Source: Podarcis gaigeae (lineage: Eukaryota). Taken from it: a stretch of 64,000 nucleotides of DNA. A program made the translations under genes and the position numbers. Positions 50,804-63,246 of this stretch are shown here, piece by piece. The stretch lies in NCBI GenBank assembly GCA_964106915.2, contig OZ066917.1. One strand, 5' to 3'. Numbering within the stretch: the first letter of the stretch is position 1; each line of letters opens with the position of its first letter. The notes under the pieces were generated by a model. That model searched no databases, was not told where the DNA came from, and saw only the letters and a list, made by a program, of their open reading frames with translations.

Positions 50804-52504
50804 TAGAGAACCTGGTTTAACTGTAGTGCTAATCTGGGTATCCTTAAACTCTGCCAAAGGCGTCCTTGTGACAATGAAGGAGAGGGGAGGTAGCTCTTTC
50901 CTGCTTTTCTTTGCAATGTTAAACCATGGTTTAGCATCATGTGTGAATGCAGCCGTTTAAGCACCCTTTTTTGCTTTATCTTTATGAATCTCCAGTCTTA
51001 ACATAAATATTGCTAGACCCTTCTGATTTGGTATTAAAGCTCATGTTTAGGTCCTTAGACCAAGAGTAGAAAAAGATGTGTGTGTTGTGTTATGTGGGTG
51101 AAATGTTTTAAAAGGAAGGGATGCCAAAATTCTGGGGCGGTGGGGGATTCTACATAACTGTGGACAACAGTTCATAACTTAGAAAACTTTGAGGCACATG
51201 ACTTTGATTTTTTTTTTAAAATGAAAAGTTGAGAGTGTTAATGTAATTATAAATTATGGTTTTTAGAATTTGTCTTAGAAGGTGGAGTGGTCTTTGCTGT
51301 TTCACATTCCCTGGTAAATATGGACTCTGTTACTAAATATTTGAATTGGCATATTCGCTTCTAATACTGATGGGTATAGTAATACAATGTTCTTACAATG
51401 TCATGATTCATTAGATTCTACTTACGTAGCTCTTGGTATGCCCAATCCCTTACGTTCCCTTGCTGTTTAAGTTTTGTGAGGTATTAAAGGAATTAAACAA
51501 AAATCTTTCTAATGCAACTTAAGGTGGTCAAAATAAAGTCATTGAGTAAGGATGTGTGTATATTTAACAGCAACCTTTGGACTCGTAGACTCTGTGCATA
51601 TATTTCATGCTAATTAATTCATACTCATTAAGTCTAGTTCTGGTTTTGCTTGCATAACACTGGTTTAAATAGTACATAAACCGGAGTGGCAGGCATGTAA
51701 ATAATGGTAGAAAACAATCCAAAATATGTGATGGAAGATTGAATCTTCCTATGGCCTGGAGAAACTCCTGTAGTTTTTGCACCATAAACTAAGTGTTCTA
51801 ATTTAGTTTAGGCTTCCTCTTCAAACCTAACCTCCCACCCACCCCGCCTTTCTGGTTGAATGTTAAAGATGTGCCATAACTTGTATTTCTGATACTACGT
51901 AAAAGCTGTTTGTCCTAGCCGAATAATGCAATGTTGGTACTTTGGGGTGTGCATGCTGGAATTTATATTTGTTACGTAAGGAGAACGTATGACTCCCCTC
52001 ATAAGTATTTGTTTAAACAATAAAGAAAGCAAATATACTGAAAAGCTGGGAGGGTTCTGCCCAGATAGAATTAACAGGAAGCCAAGGGTTTTAAACTTTG
52101 TTTCCTACATAATAGATCTACACTCTCTTGAGGATTTAAGTTGGTTTTAATGTAACCAGTGTATACTTGGATAGAATCAAAACAAGTTGTCCCATAATTT
52201 GAAGGATGACTTTTCTCTTAAAATCACATGGAGCCTATCATGGGTAAATCTGGCTGCTGGAATAATCCCCCTTCATCCGCTTGTGCCCTTCTTTTCTGGA
52301 CTCGCAATTCAATAATTGGAATGGGTGGAGAAATACAGCTTTTGGCACTCATATATGCAATTATACAAGCACACAAGAGCGAAATTGTAGGTCTTGGTAA
52401 ATAATAATTCTGTGTGTCGGGGAGTCAGCATTAACAATGTAGCAAAACCATGGAGGGATATCTCAAAATATTGTGGGGAAGAGGTGACAGTAGTAGCTCT
52501 GTGT

Positions 52505-52815
52505 GCACAGAATCCTAGAGTTGGGAGGGACCCCGAAGGACATCTAGTCCAACCCCCTGCAATGAAGGAATCTCAACTAGATTATACATGAGAAGGCCAT
52601 CCAACCTCTGCTTAAAAACCTCCAAGGAAGGAGAATCTGCCACCTTTTGTGGAAGTGTGTTCCACTGTCAAACAGCTCTTACTGTCAGAAAGTTCTTCCT
52701 GTTGTTTAGTCAGAATCTCCCTTCTTGCAACTTGAATCCATCGGTTTGGGTCCTGGCCTGTGGAACAGATGAAAACAAGCTTGAAGAGGGCTATAATATC
52801 TCCTCTCAGTCTCCT
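52505..52815 (-). mobile_element. CR1 3' fragment
   Basis: Same CR1 end motif (cagaatcctagagttgggagggacc...ccaacctctgcttaaaaacctccaaggaaggaga). Related degenerate pieces lie at about 45640-45955. Confidence 0.85.
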
Positions 52816-52876
52816 CTTTACCAGCAGGATTTTATGGGCTTAGTAGACTGCATGCGGATCAGCCCCTTCACCCAAT

Positions 52877-52877
<1 letters not shown>

Positions 52878-52936
<59 letters not shown>

Positions 52937-53410
52937 TTTATTTATACCCCGCCCTCCCCGGCCAGAGCCAGGCTCAGGGCAGCTAACACCAATAAAATCA
53001 CAGTAAAAACATAATAGGGGAAAAAGAGAGGGGGGGAGGGAAACACAATTTAAAATACAGCCTCATTTTAAAGTAGCCGATAAATCAAGACCATAAGGGG
53101 AGCGAAACATAAGAGTCAGACCGAGTCCAAACCAAAGGCCTGGTGGAACAGCTCTCTCTTGCAGGTCCTGCGGAAAAATATCAAATCCCGCAGGGCCCTA
53201 GTCTCTTTTGACAGAGCGTTCCAGCAAGTCGGGGCCAGTACTGAAAAGGCCCTGGTCCTAGTTGAGAGCAATCTAACCACTTTGCAACCTGGGACCTCCA
53301 AAATGTTGTCATTTGTGGACCTTAAGGTCCTCCATGGGGCATACCAGGAGAGGTGGTCCCATAAGTATGTGGGTCCTAGGCCGCATAGGGCTTTAAAGGT
53401 GAAAACCAGA
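52878..53410 (-). mobile_element. L2-clade LINE 3' fragment with a (TTA)n tail
   Basis: ORF 53116-53421 VFTFKALCGLGPTYLWDHL..TLRS..RAFSVLAPTCWNAL..FRRTCKRELF. Confidence 0.9.
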
Positions 53411-54548
53411 AGAGAGCACAATTTTGCATAGGTTTTGCATTATATGCAAATATATGTCGTCTTTCACAGGGCCTCAAAGATAAACCTCTCACAAGCAATA
53501 AGAATGTGAACAGGTGAGGCTTTTCTCAATTATAGTTTCATAGTACAAAATACTTTAACCCATTCTATTTCCGCCTACCACCTGGCTGTTAGAGCTAGAA
53601 GAGCACTGTTCTCCCCAAGTGCCAACTCTAAGCCGTTCAAAGAACTCAAGTTTCATGAGTTGCAAACCAGGTAGGTTACACTAAGTCAGGGGTAGTGAGC
53701 CTTTTGGGCTCCACACGCCAGATCATTATGAGATCCTAGCTTTGTAGGTCAAACTTGACATGTGGGCAGGGTCTGGCATCACTCTGATTGAGGGCTTGAG
53801 GCCTTTTTTGGTGCTTTAAAGTGACTTGCTCATGCAGCAGATCCAGCTGGCTTGGCTCTACTGCCCATCAGCTGATGGGTGGTAATGCTGAAGTCTACTT
53901 TCTGCAGGCACTGGCTGCACAAGTGAGTTCCTGCAAGGAACTTGCCAGCACATCCAGTTTAGCTGATGGGTGATAAGCCAAAGACATACTTTTCAGGCTC
54001 CTGATTGTATTCTGGCAGCTGTACCTCCCCCTGCCCCACACATGATCAAGTTTGAGGCAGGTGGGCATGGAAAACAGCCAGAGATTCTGCACCCTTACCG
54101 TATCTCTTTCCTCAGTTTGATCTTAGACTGGCAATACCACACTCAGTGGAAGATCAGACCCAGTATTTCACATCGTGGTTGGGGCTGAGTCAGTGCGGCA
54201 AGAGATCAAAAAGCATTTAATATTTATAGCAAGATTCAGATGCCCATACTTGGATAAATTCAAGAGTAAACTGTTAAGAAGTAAGCAGTATAATTGAAAA
54301 GCATTGTTGTGGTTATTCATCCTCTTCCTGATAACTACAACAGTGTTATCTGCACAGGTCAGACAACTGCTCATTCCCCAACCCCTTCTTTTTTGTTAAC
54401 AAAAGGGACTTGAGTCTTTGACATGAATGCCCCTTTTTGTGTTTATAGGATCAGGAACAGCCCACTGCAAGAATACATCCATTCTCCTCCCCCCCATGGG
54501 AGGAAATAAGTTAATCACATGCTGCATTTGTAGCTGCATTTCCCAACG

Positions 54549-54591
54549 AAAGAAAAAAGAAAAAAGAAAAAAGAAAAAAGAAAAAAGAAAA

Positions 54592-54627
<36 letters not shown>
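54549..54627. repeat. Compound (AAAAAAG)n/(AAAG)n purine repeat
   Basis: Read directly. Confidence 0.9.
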
Positions 54628-54899
54628 GGGAGGGAGAGGGAAGTCCCAATATGCCAAGAGACTTGATGGCAACATCGGTCTGCACTGCAGGGTTGTCATA
54701 TACGTTTAGGGCCCCACCCTGGGCCGGCAAAACATTAGTATAGCAACACTGAGCTACTTTGCACGACTGATGTAACCCATGATTTACCCACCACAGCCAT
54801 TTCTCCCTCCCCCCCAAAGTATGGTATTATAATGATGGTTTTTATTTGCATTTTATTTGATTTTATAAGTTCAAAGCAGAGTAATTTGGTGTGTGTGTG

Positions 54900-55240
54900 T
54901 GTGACATTAACATATGAGAGTGCTGGAGGTGAATTAGTTAAACAGGTTACCCAATCAGAACCCAGGGGGGTGGAGTCAGAGAGACTATAAAACCAGCTCT
55001 GAGAGGGGCGAAGGGAGGAGTTCATTGGGAGGTCGGTTGGAGTGGGAGTGAATTGGGATAGAGTTTGTGGGGAGGTTGAGTTAGTGTAGCCAAATAAGTT
55101 GAGTCAGGAACAGTTAGGAGCTAGGAAGACAAGTAAATATCTGAGAGGTGGTTTAGTGAGGGAGAGCAGGTAGCGGAAGTTGCTTGGAGAAACAAGATTC
55201 CTAGATCATTTAAAGTTATCTGTAGCATTTATCACTCACA
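54900..55240 (+). promoter_or_regulatory. LTR-like segment with a CCAAT / GT-box / TATA arrangement
   Basis: CCAATCAG at 54951, GGGGTGGAG near 54967 and TATAAAA at 54986-54992. TGTGA...TCACA are possible termini, but there is no TSD. Confidence 0.45.
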
Positions 55241-56993
55241 GCTCTGACATTGCTTTTTGGCCAAAAGAAGTTGGTTTTATAAGGGTTAAAAACCCATGAA
55301 GTCGGGTTGTGGTTCCCCAGTCAGTACAAGGTTCTAGCGGATTATAGAATAGATTGGTGCAAAGTAAAAGAATTCAGGGTTGTTGATCAAGGCGCTCAGT
55401 TAACTTCCCAGTTGCCACTTAGTAATCGGGCAAATGATGCAAATATATCTGAAGAATACACTGCTCCAATGAGGCGAAATGAATGTGAAATCAAATATCT
55501 AGTGCTGCTAAGTAAAATTCTGAGTATCTAGTATTATTTGTGTTAAATCATTAAACCCAGAGTTATTAACACCTAAGGGTCTAGCCCAGAGTTTGCCAAC
55601 TCAGAGCCCCAGATTTTGAACTATTTTTTAAAGCCAATCTGTAACTTTACCTATTTATTAAACCTAGTGGAGGAAATCAGAGCTGCAAATTGTGAGACAT
55701 TTGGACACCAAGGCTATAGGAATCCCTGTGGCCCCCAAGAGCTGCTGTTTTCGCATCCCTTCTTGTGCACCTTTCCTGCATCTGTCTCATTTCCTAGGCA
55801 GAAATTCAACAGGTTAAACCTTTCCTCATATGTATATAAAATTATGGAAAAAATTCACTGCTATTGTACTTTTTCTAATTTTGTGTTATGCCGTGCCACC
55901 CATGGCAGATGTTTTGTGAGTGGTGCCCCCAGCGCTGCCTCAAAATCCAAAAAGATTGGTGACTCTTGATGTTGCCCCTACACAGCAATTCCATATTTAA
56001 CCAGGGCGATGGTGGATGAAACAAGAGTATGTGCCACGTTTCGTAGGAAGGGTTGACACTGTTGATATATTTCACTGGAAGTTCTCCCTTGCTATTGCCT
56101 TCAGATATCTCTTTCCTCCCATTATGCTATTCTTGAAGCACCTAGCCGAAGAGCAGGCACTTTAAAAGCTTTGGATTGCTTATGTCACAATCATAGACAT
56201 GTATATTTGCATTCTGTTTCCCTTCCTGGGTGCTATTTTTACTAGGTATCTTTTGGAATGTACGGGCAGAAATTCTTTGGCCACTTTGGATGACGGGGTT
56301 TGACGTGGACCAGCCAGACGCTGTCATAAGTACACATGTAATTTAAACAAAAAAGTGAGGACACGAACTGCAAAGTCTCCCTGTAGCTTTCGGTGCATGA
56401 CTCAAGCAGCTGGCCGAGAGCAGGTGTAGTTAAGTCAGTGCTAAACCACACCTATGTTTTCCAGCTTGCCCAATGAAAACCACACATTTGTGCTGTGCCT
56501 TTTTGCTCTTGCCTTTCATTTGCTTTTCCTCGTATTAGCTTGCTCGGTAACCAAAGCCAGATTCCAGGTGCATTATTCTATGATCAATCTGTAATCATAG
56601 AAACAGAGTTCCTTCTCTTAATTCCTCCGTTGCCAACCATTTCTGGGTGGGTGAATGTCAGTAGCTGTAGTTATTTTTAAATGTGAGAGGTGAGGCTTGT
56701 CATGCAAAGCTGAAAAGAGGGCGTTTGTTTGCAGAGCTGACATCAAAGTGTAGATTGCTGCTTACTGGCTGAGCATTTTTGCTTTTGTACCTGCTAATCT
56801 TTAACGTGGTCTGTCAGTCACAGAGACCATTGCTTAACCAGCGGATTCATATGAAATATTGCTAGCATTTATGATCCAGAAGATTGGCATTCTGTTTCTC
56901 CGCATACTGGACTTTGAAACTTCGGCTAAGCAGCTTGCAATCCTTTGCTTCACGTTGCTCAACTAAGCAATTGCTTTCCACTTCTCTTCACAG

Positions 56994-57100
56994 GATAATA
57001 TAAATGTGTTTTTGAAAGCTTGTGAAAATCTTGGATTAAAGGAAGCTCAGCTTTTTCATCCTGGTGACCTTCAAGATCTATCTAATCGAGTTACTGTCAA
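56994..57100 (+). CDS. LMO7: LMO7 internal coding exon, CH domain part 3 (107 nt, phase 0 to phase 2)
   Basis: Acceptor ctttccacttctcttcacag and donor AA|gtaagt. Translates [35 protein letters not shown](K), nearly identical to LMO7 and in frame with the two previous exons. Confidence 0.97.
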
Positions 57101-59098
57101 GTAAGTATCCTGTGTTTTTATCAGTTGACTTTTAAGAATATTCAAATGTGACTTCTGTGGTGCTGCTGTTCATGTATATAGGGATTTTATATAATGTTTC
57201 CTTTGTCTGTTCAGTGTGGAAGCTGTAAGACTTCTTTAGATCTTCAAGCCTGTAAAAGCTGGGATTTGATTTGCGTCCATTTTTCTGGAGCAACTACCTT
57301 GGTACATTTTGTTTTTAAGTATTTGCTGACATTTAAAATGTGCCAAGCTGCTTTACTAATTAATGGCTGCATCGCTTGAAGATGCAAAGTTGAATGTTCA
57401 ACAGTTGTTAAATGTGAAAGTAAAAATGGAAGCCTTCACTATAAGCTTGTAATTACCAGAAGGGTACTCTCTCTGTGTGTTTGCTATGCATGCATGTACC
57501 CACCTTTGGTCTCGCATTCAGATCTTGAAATCTCCTAACTGGAGAACTGAACCCAAGGGACATACTGTGTTGCCTGTGGATATTCTGCTAAAATGTTGTG
57601 TGATACATTACTAACAGAGGTAATATTGTGTAGTGCAGAGTTGGGCAGACTGCAGGCTTGTCATATATCTACTTTGCTTGTTTTTAACTAAACAATACCC
57701 CACCCCCAAGATTTAACAACCAGGTGCAAAGGACATAGATTTAGAATAAAGGAACTGGGTGCTTCTGAGCATATGCGGAGCCTAGGAACTTTTCAGCACC
57801 TGAACTGAACTTGTAGTCCTTTCATGAAAAAACTCCACTGTTACCCCAAGCTTTCTTCTCTTCAGCTACCTAATTCAAGATGAGGAAGAAGCATTTTTTT
57901 TTAAAAAAATGACATTGTTAAACAATTGTTCACAGAAATCCCTGGTGAGCCACTGCAGGTTACCCAGAGATCTACCAGAAGGTTCTGATCTGCCCAGCCT
58001 TGTTAAAGTGACTAAGATTATGTGTTGTGAACTTAGAAGTCCTTGATTCCATTTTTCCTAAGCAGTTCATTGATCAAAGGTTGTGTTAAGCTACTAAATC
58101 TTGGCCACAGTGACCCATCTGTAATATCAGGTTGATAACAGTGCCCTGCCATAAAAGCTGATGTATGAATTACTGAAAACAATATATATGAAGCATTTGA
58201 GAGTGTTGAGAGTACCATATAATAATGACAATAATAAAGAATAATTTCATTATTCCTGAGGGCAGTCTTTCTCACTATTAGAATAGGTTTGAGAAGTCTT
58301 AGTGTGTGCAGTATCAGAGAGAAACTATTCTCATGAAAAGGAAAGCTAAGTACAGTGTGTTCAGGCTATGTATAATTGCTATTATTATAGTCTGTTTCAT
58401 GAGATAATATAAATGTTAGGTCTTGAACAAATTATTCATTGCTTTCTATAATCTTGGAACTGCCAGAGCTTGCTTTACTATACGGCCAGGAGTTTCACTG
58501 AAGACAAAGTCCTTAAAACGTTGCCAAGAATTTTGTCGTTAACAAGTGTTACTAAGGTAAATACAGCATACAGGAAGTGTTTCCTGGGCTGTTAACCTGT
58601 GCTAGTGGTTACAGGTTGTGGAGAAGTAGGTAGGGCAGTAATCAACAAGGCAAGAATGCAAGGATTCAGAGAAACCTTTACCCTTGGTCTTTCAGGCCAT
58701 TTGAGAAGGGCAATATGCGTGTAAATGCAGTTGCCAAGAATGTTAGTTTAAGAATGGTAAACACTGTTGTGAAATCAGCATTACTAAGCCTGCAGCAACC
58801 TGAATACGAATCAAAACTAGCGCTGCAAAAAACCATTTTGTTGATCGATCGGATGATATGTGTAAGAGGTAATCTCCAGGTGGCCAACCAAGAGAGACTA
58901 TTGTGCAGGTTCCTGTTCTGAAGGTTGGCTCTCTCTGCTGTAAAGGCAAAGCAACGATTCTGCAGACAAACTCCCTGACTCCTCTGGAGGCAGTGAATGG
59001 GACTGTTCCCTCCATCAGCCTTCCTGGGTCTTGGAGTGGCCCATTCTGAAAAGCATCCTGGTAGTGGTGGAAGATGCATTGTGTTCATTCCTCTTTAG

Positions 59099-59577
59099 CA
59101 AAGGGTTTCCCAAACCTCGTGAGTTCATTGACCCCTTGATAAGCTTATAAAGCTGTCATCGACACTAACCCAAATGTAAATGAAATTAAGTCAAGAAATA
59201 ACCTCCATTCCTCACTGGCAATGAAGGTGTACTCTATACATGTCCATGCCCTTTCTTTCCGAGGCTCATAGTTCCCAGTTATTATTATTTTTTGAACTGT
59301 GTCCTGTAATTACGACTCACCCATTAAAGCGGTGGGCGGGGTTTGCGACCTGGCGCGGGCTTCCTGAGCCTGGGTGACACCCCCCTTTTTGCTTGCTGGC
59401 CATCGCTACGCCCCCTCCCTGGCTAGCCAATCAGCTGCTGGCCTGGGGGCGGAGCAAGGGCCAGGTAGGGAAGGCTCCAGCCGACCACTTCTCCCTTTCA
59501 GTCTCTGGGTCTTTATTCACCCCTTCACAGACCCATTGACACTAGGGGGTCAATATCAACCACTTTAGGAAGCCCTG
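59099..59577. mobile_element. Degenerate hAT MITE
   Basis: Ends CAAAGGGTTTCCCAAA / TTTAGGAAGCCCTG with subterminal TTGACCCC / GGGGTCAA. The TSD is only partly preserved (CTCT....). Confidence 0.55.
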
Positions 59578-62299
59578 CTCTAACAGGAGCAGACTAGGAA
59601 AAGGCACATCCTTCTAACTCTGCCGCAAATGCTGTAGAACTGTCCCTTGTGTTTTCTGTTGTCCCACATCCCAAAGAGGGATGAGTTCTGTTACCTCAGC
59701 TGTGATTGTCTGGCTGGCTGATTTATCTCTTCCCCCACCTTCTGTGTGTGTGTAGGCAGGAGAGTGAGGGGAAACCAAGCTTGGTCTCTGTCATGATATA
59801 GATGCTGCCCTTGGGTCCAGAGTCTCTGTCTCCCCACCTGGAGCTTTAAGTATGGAGAATAGAAAGGAAGCAGCTACCATTGATGCCAGCCCATAGCTTG
59901 GCAGTAATGGCAATTGCCCCTCCTTCCTGCTGTGTCATGTCTTCTAGGACTTGAAGAGAAATGGAGATCTTCAGGAGTAGGGGGTGGAGGGGAGACTCAG
60001 ATGAATGGATTGGGGGTGGATGATTGACTTTCGCCTGATTATTTGCAAGGTTTCCCTGGATTCCTTTAAATAAAGTTATAGGAGTTTTCCCTTGTCAAGA
60101 AATGTTATGATACCCCTTCCACTACCACACAAACATTGTATATCGTCATGAATCCTGTGGCCAACATTGTGGCACTTGTCACAGTGGCCTAATGGAACTT
60201 CTAATGGATTCTGTTCATTAATAGTAAAGCTGAGTTCAGTTAATAAACATTTTGTGATTTACTGTTTGTGTACCCGGTTCCTTTTAGGTTTGCAAAGGTA
60301 TTGATTAGCTTCCTAAAAACAAAAATATACTGCAGGAAAGCAACAATAAACCACACCACCCCTACAGTCTACAGTGGTTGTTTTCCTGCTGGAAGGTGAC
60401 ATGAGCTCATCTTCAGCTATAGTCACTAGGATATGTAATAAACTGAAACTGAGATCAGATAGCTTAAAAGGAAACAGTTGTGCAAGATATTCCTTAAAAC
60501 TATAAGCATGAACTCTAGTCCAAAATGAGCAACAGGGATATGTAGTAATTGGCAGTGAAATTAATGGTGGAATGGTAGCTCAATTTGAGAACTGCTGTTA
60601 TCATTTTGGTATCTCTTACAGTTCTTGGAGTAAGAACTAACAGACATTATGATGAGCTCGACATCAGACTCACAAATAAATATTATTTTCTTCATTAGTT
60701 AAGCTGATTTATAATTACAGCAAACAATGTCTAGTAGCTGCTATCAAATGCAAAACAACAACAACAATGCACTACAATTAACAATTAATGATTTGTGCAA
60801 AGATTGTTTGCACAACCCGGACAAAGGCAAATAAATATATAATCAGCAGTGGACTAGTCCCAACAGGAGACAATTACCTTCAGTTATTGACAGATCATAC
60901 TATCAATGAAAGCATCATCACCCAAGGGACACTACCTCCTGAGAAGATTCTTTGTCCTGGTCCAAGAGAAACAAAAGCACTATCACAGCTCCCATTAACT
61001 TAATTAGAATTTGCCCAGCATCATGATGTATGTATGAGAAGTCGTGTAAGAAAATGACATGTCTGTTTCTCTTAATTGGAGCTTTCAAGCATGTCACAAA
61101 CCTGTCTGGTGTTCAGCTTTAAATCATGATTTAAATTGGAGGGAGGGACAATTACATACAAAATACCCATTTTAGAGTAACACCACATCCAAACCATACT
61201 TTTAAACATTCTTATACACCTCTAACAGTTATGGCTACCCCCAATTAATCCTATGAACTGTAGTTTGTAAAGGGTGCTGAGAGTTTTTAGGAGAGTGTTA
61301 ACCAATATCAGTTCACAGTACTTTACACAGTACACTTTTCATAAGTGCGTTTAAGCATATAAAGGAACATTAGACTTAGGAATTTAAGTTGAACGTTTCT
61401 TATGAGACAAACATTGTTTTCTTAAACTAGTGTTTGCAAGTATATTTGTAGCGGGTTGTTCATAATGGTGTTCAGAACCAGTTATTTTCGGCTTCAAAGA
61501 ATCTTCAGTGCAGCTGTGAGTTTCAGCGTAGAGGCTAAAGGCAGGACTCCTTTCTAAATGCTACCTAAGCAGGTAGTTATGTTTGGAGAGTTGGGTGGCA
61601 AACAGCTAATGTATATTCTCAACCCCTGAAGAGGAGATTGAGAACTTCTACACCAATTGCTGCCTTTTCCAGCATTAGGATTGGAACTATATAAACACTG
61701 AAATTCAGTAAGTATGTGTTTAGTCATTTGGGAGAATGCCTAGATTTTGAACTACTGAAAATAGTGTATAATTATTTTATTGGGACATGTTTTCTGCACG
61801 GTGGGTGGGTGGGGGTTGAGTATGGATCTCAGCTTCTGTAGGAAGTAAATGTGCTTTAAGGTCAGCCGAGAATATTATAGGGTGCAATGTGAAACTCTTG
61901 CTAAAAATACTTGCAGTAGCATGGGTAGAGCTAAACAGTACATTTCAGACTCTTTAATTCTTCCTGTGACGCACAGTTTGGAAGTTTCAATACCTTGTTA
62001 TGTTTTAAAATTGAGACTTGTATAAATATCGAAACCATAGATTTGGAAACACTGGTATTGTATAGTTCTGGAAAGAAAACTCACAGCAGAAATTCTTACA
62101 TAAATCTGCTTTGTAGAAATTCTCTTTTTTTATAGATTGAAAAATGGATCTATCTATGGACTGTAAAAATGGAAATAGATATTATACCCTTGCTTAGGTA
62201 TATTTATTTACACGCAATAGTATTTAATGCCTACAAACTTTGCACCCCAGTCTGGTTCAGGCACAAGGGTCATTTAACCCTGTGCGTTGTTCCCATAGT

Positions 62300-62520
62300 T
62301 ACCACCCAGATGCTTATGGAAAATCAGCAAGCAGAACATAAGTACAACAGCAACTTCCCCTCTTGAGAGTCCCAGCAACCAGCATACGGAGGCATATGCT
62401 TCTGACAGTGAAGGGTAGCACACAATCATCATGACCACAAGCTATTGATAACCTCACCCTCCCTGAATACGTCTAATCCCTTTTTAAAGCTATCCAAGTT
62501 TCTGGCAATCAGTACCTCTT
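62300..62520 (-). mobile_element. Old CR1 3' fragment
   Basis: gctattgata..ctc..cc.tgaat..gtctaatccctttttaaagctatccaagtt is the reverse of the CR1 end near 17710-17780. Confidence 0.65.
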
Positions 62521-62782
62521 GAATTTTATTCAGAGTAGACCCATTAAAATTAATGGACCTAACCAGTGCTTTTCCCCAGGGGGTACTCAAGGGTATGCAG
62601 TACTGGCCCCTTTTTTGTTGTTGTTAAAAAGTGTAGCACTCTAGTGATGGAAAGCATTGGGCACATAAGAGTTATATTATAATGCACCTTTCATATATCA
62701 AATGTGGAATCATGCGGTATGATAGGTTATCTTCTGGAATTTAAGTATTGTGTGTGTGTTTAATCTGTTATGATATATTAGG

Positions 62783-63246
62783 AGAAACCAGTAGGAGAAC
62801 ACTTCAATATCCCAGGACATTCTATACAAGATCTCAAAGTAGCTGTTCTACTACAAAGGAATTTCAGAAATAGACTGGAAAGAGAAGCTGCTGAATTGCA
62901 ACTTATTACCAAACTTAAAACCATGGAGAGACCTGGTCTGAACAAAGACATTGGATTCTTATCTCATTATACATGACAAAGCCATTTTTCACCTTCTCAC
63001 CCCTTGCTTTTTCCTGTAAGACCTATTGCAGTCATTAAGAGTCGTCAACAGGCTCATCACAGCTATCTGCCAATCACCCATTCCCACCACCCTTCTGAGT
63101 AATACCCCTCCCCACCTTCTCACTATATAGAAGGGTCTGGAAACTTCTGTTTCAGTGTATCTGAAGAAGTGTGCATGCACACGAAAGCTCATACCAAAAA
63201 CTAACTTAGTTGGTCTTTAAGGTGCTACTGGAAGGAATTTTTTTTA
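62783..63246 (+). mobile_element. Penelope-like retroelement, 5'-truncated (GIY-YIG endonuclease C-terminus, 3' region with hammerhead, T-rich end)
   Basis: The frame 62782-62976 reads EKPVGEHFNIPGHSIQDLKVAVLLQRNFRNRLEREAAELQLITKLKTMERPGLNKDIGFLSHYT*, carrying the HF..PGH, RE..E and GLN motifs of Penelope GIY-YIG domains. 13-bp TSD ATGATATATTAGG at 62770-62782 and 63247-63259. Confidence 0.92.
63157..63194 (+). ncRNA. Minimal type I hammerhead ribozyme motif in a Penelope 3' region
   Basis: GTAT-CTGAAGA-A-GTGTGCATGCACAC-GAAA-GC-TC-ATAC. It has the CUGANGA core, a palindromic stem II, GAAA, a self-complementary AGCU in place of stem III, a UC cleavage site (after 63190) and stem I GTAT/ATAC. 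Confidence 0.85.

Noticed and set aside
54427-54817. Lys/Arg-rich and Phe-rich ORFs
   Set aside because: They are translation artefacts of the (AAAG)n microsatellite.
37862-57100. LIMCH1 or calponin as the gene identity
   Set aside because: [19 protein letters not shown] and [20 protein letters not shown] match LMO7 rather than LIMCH1 ([29 protein letters not shown], from recall).
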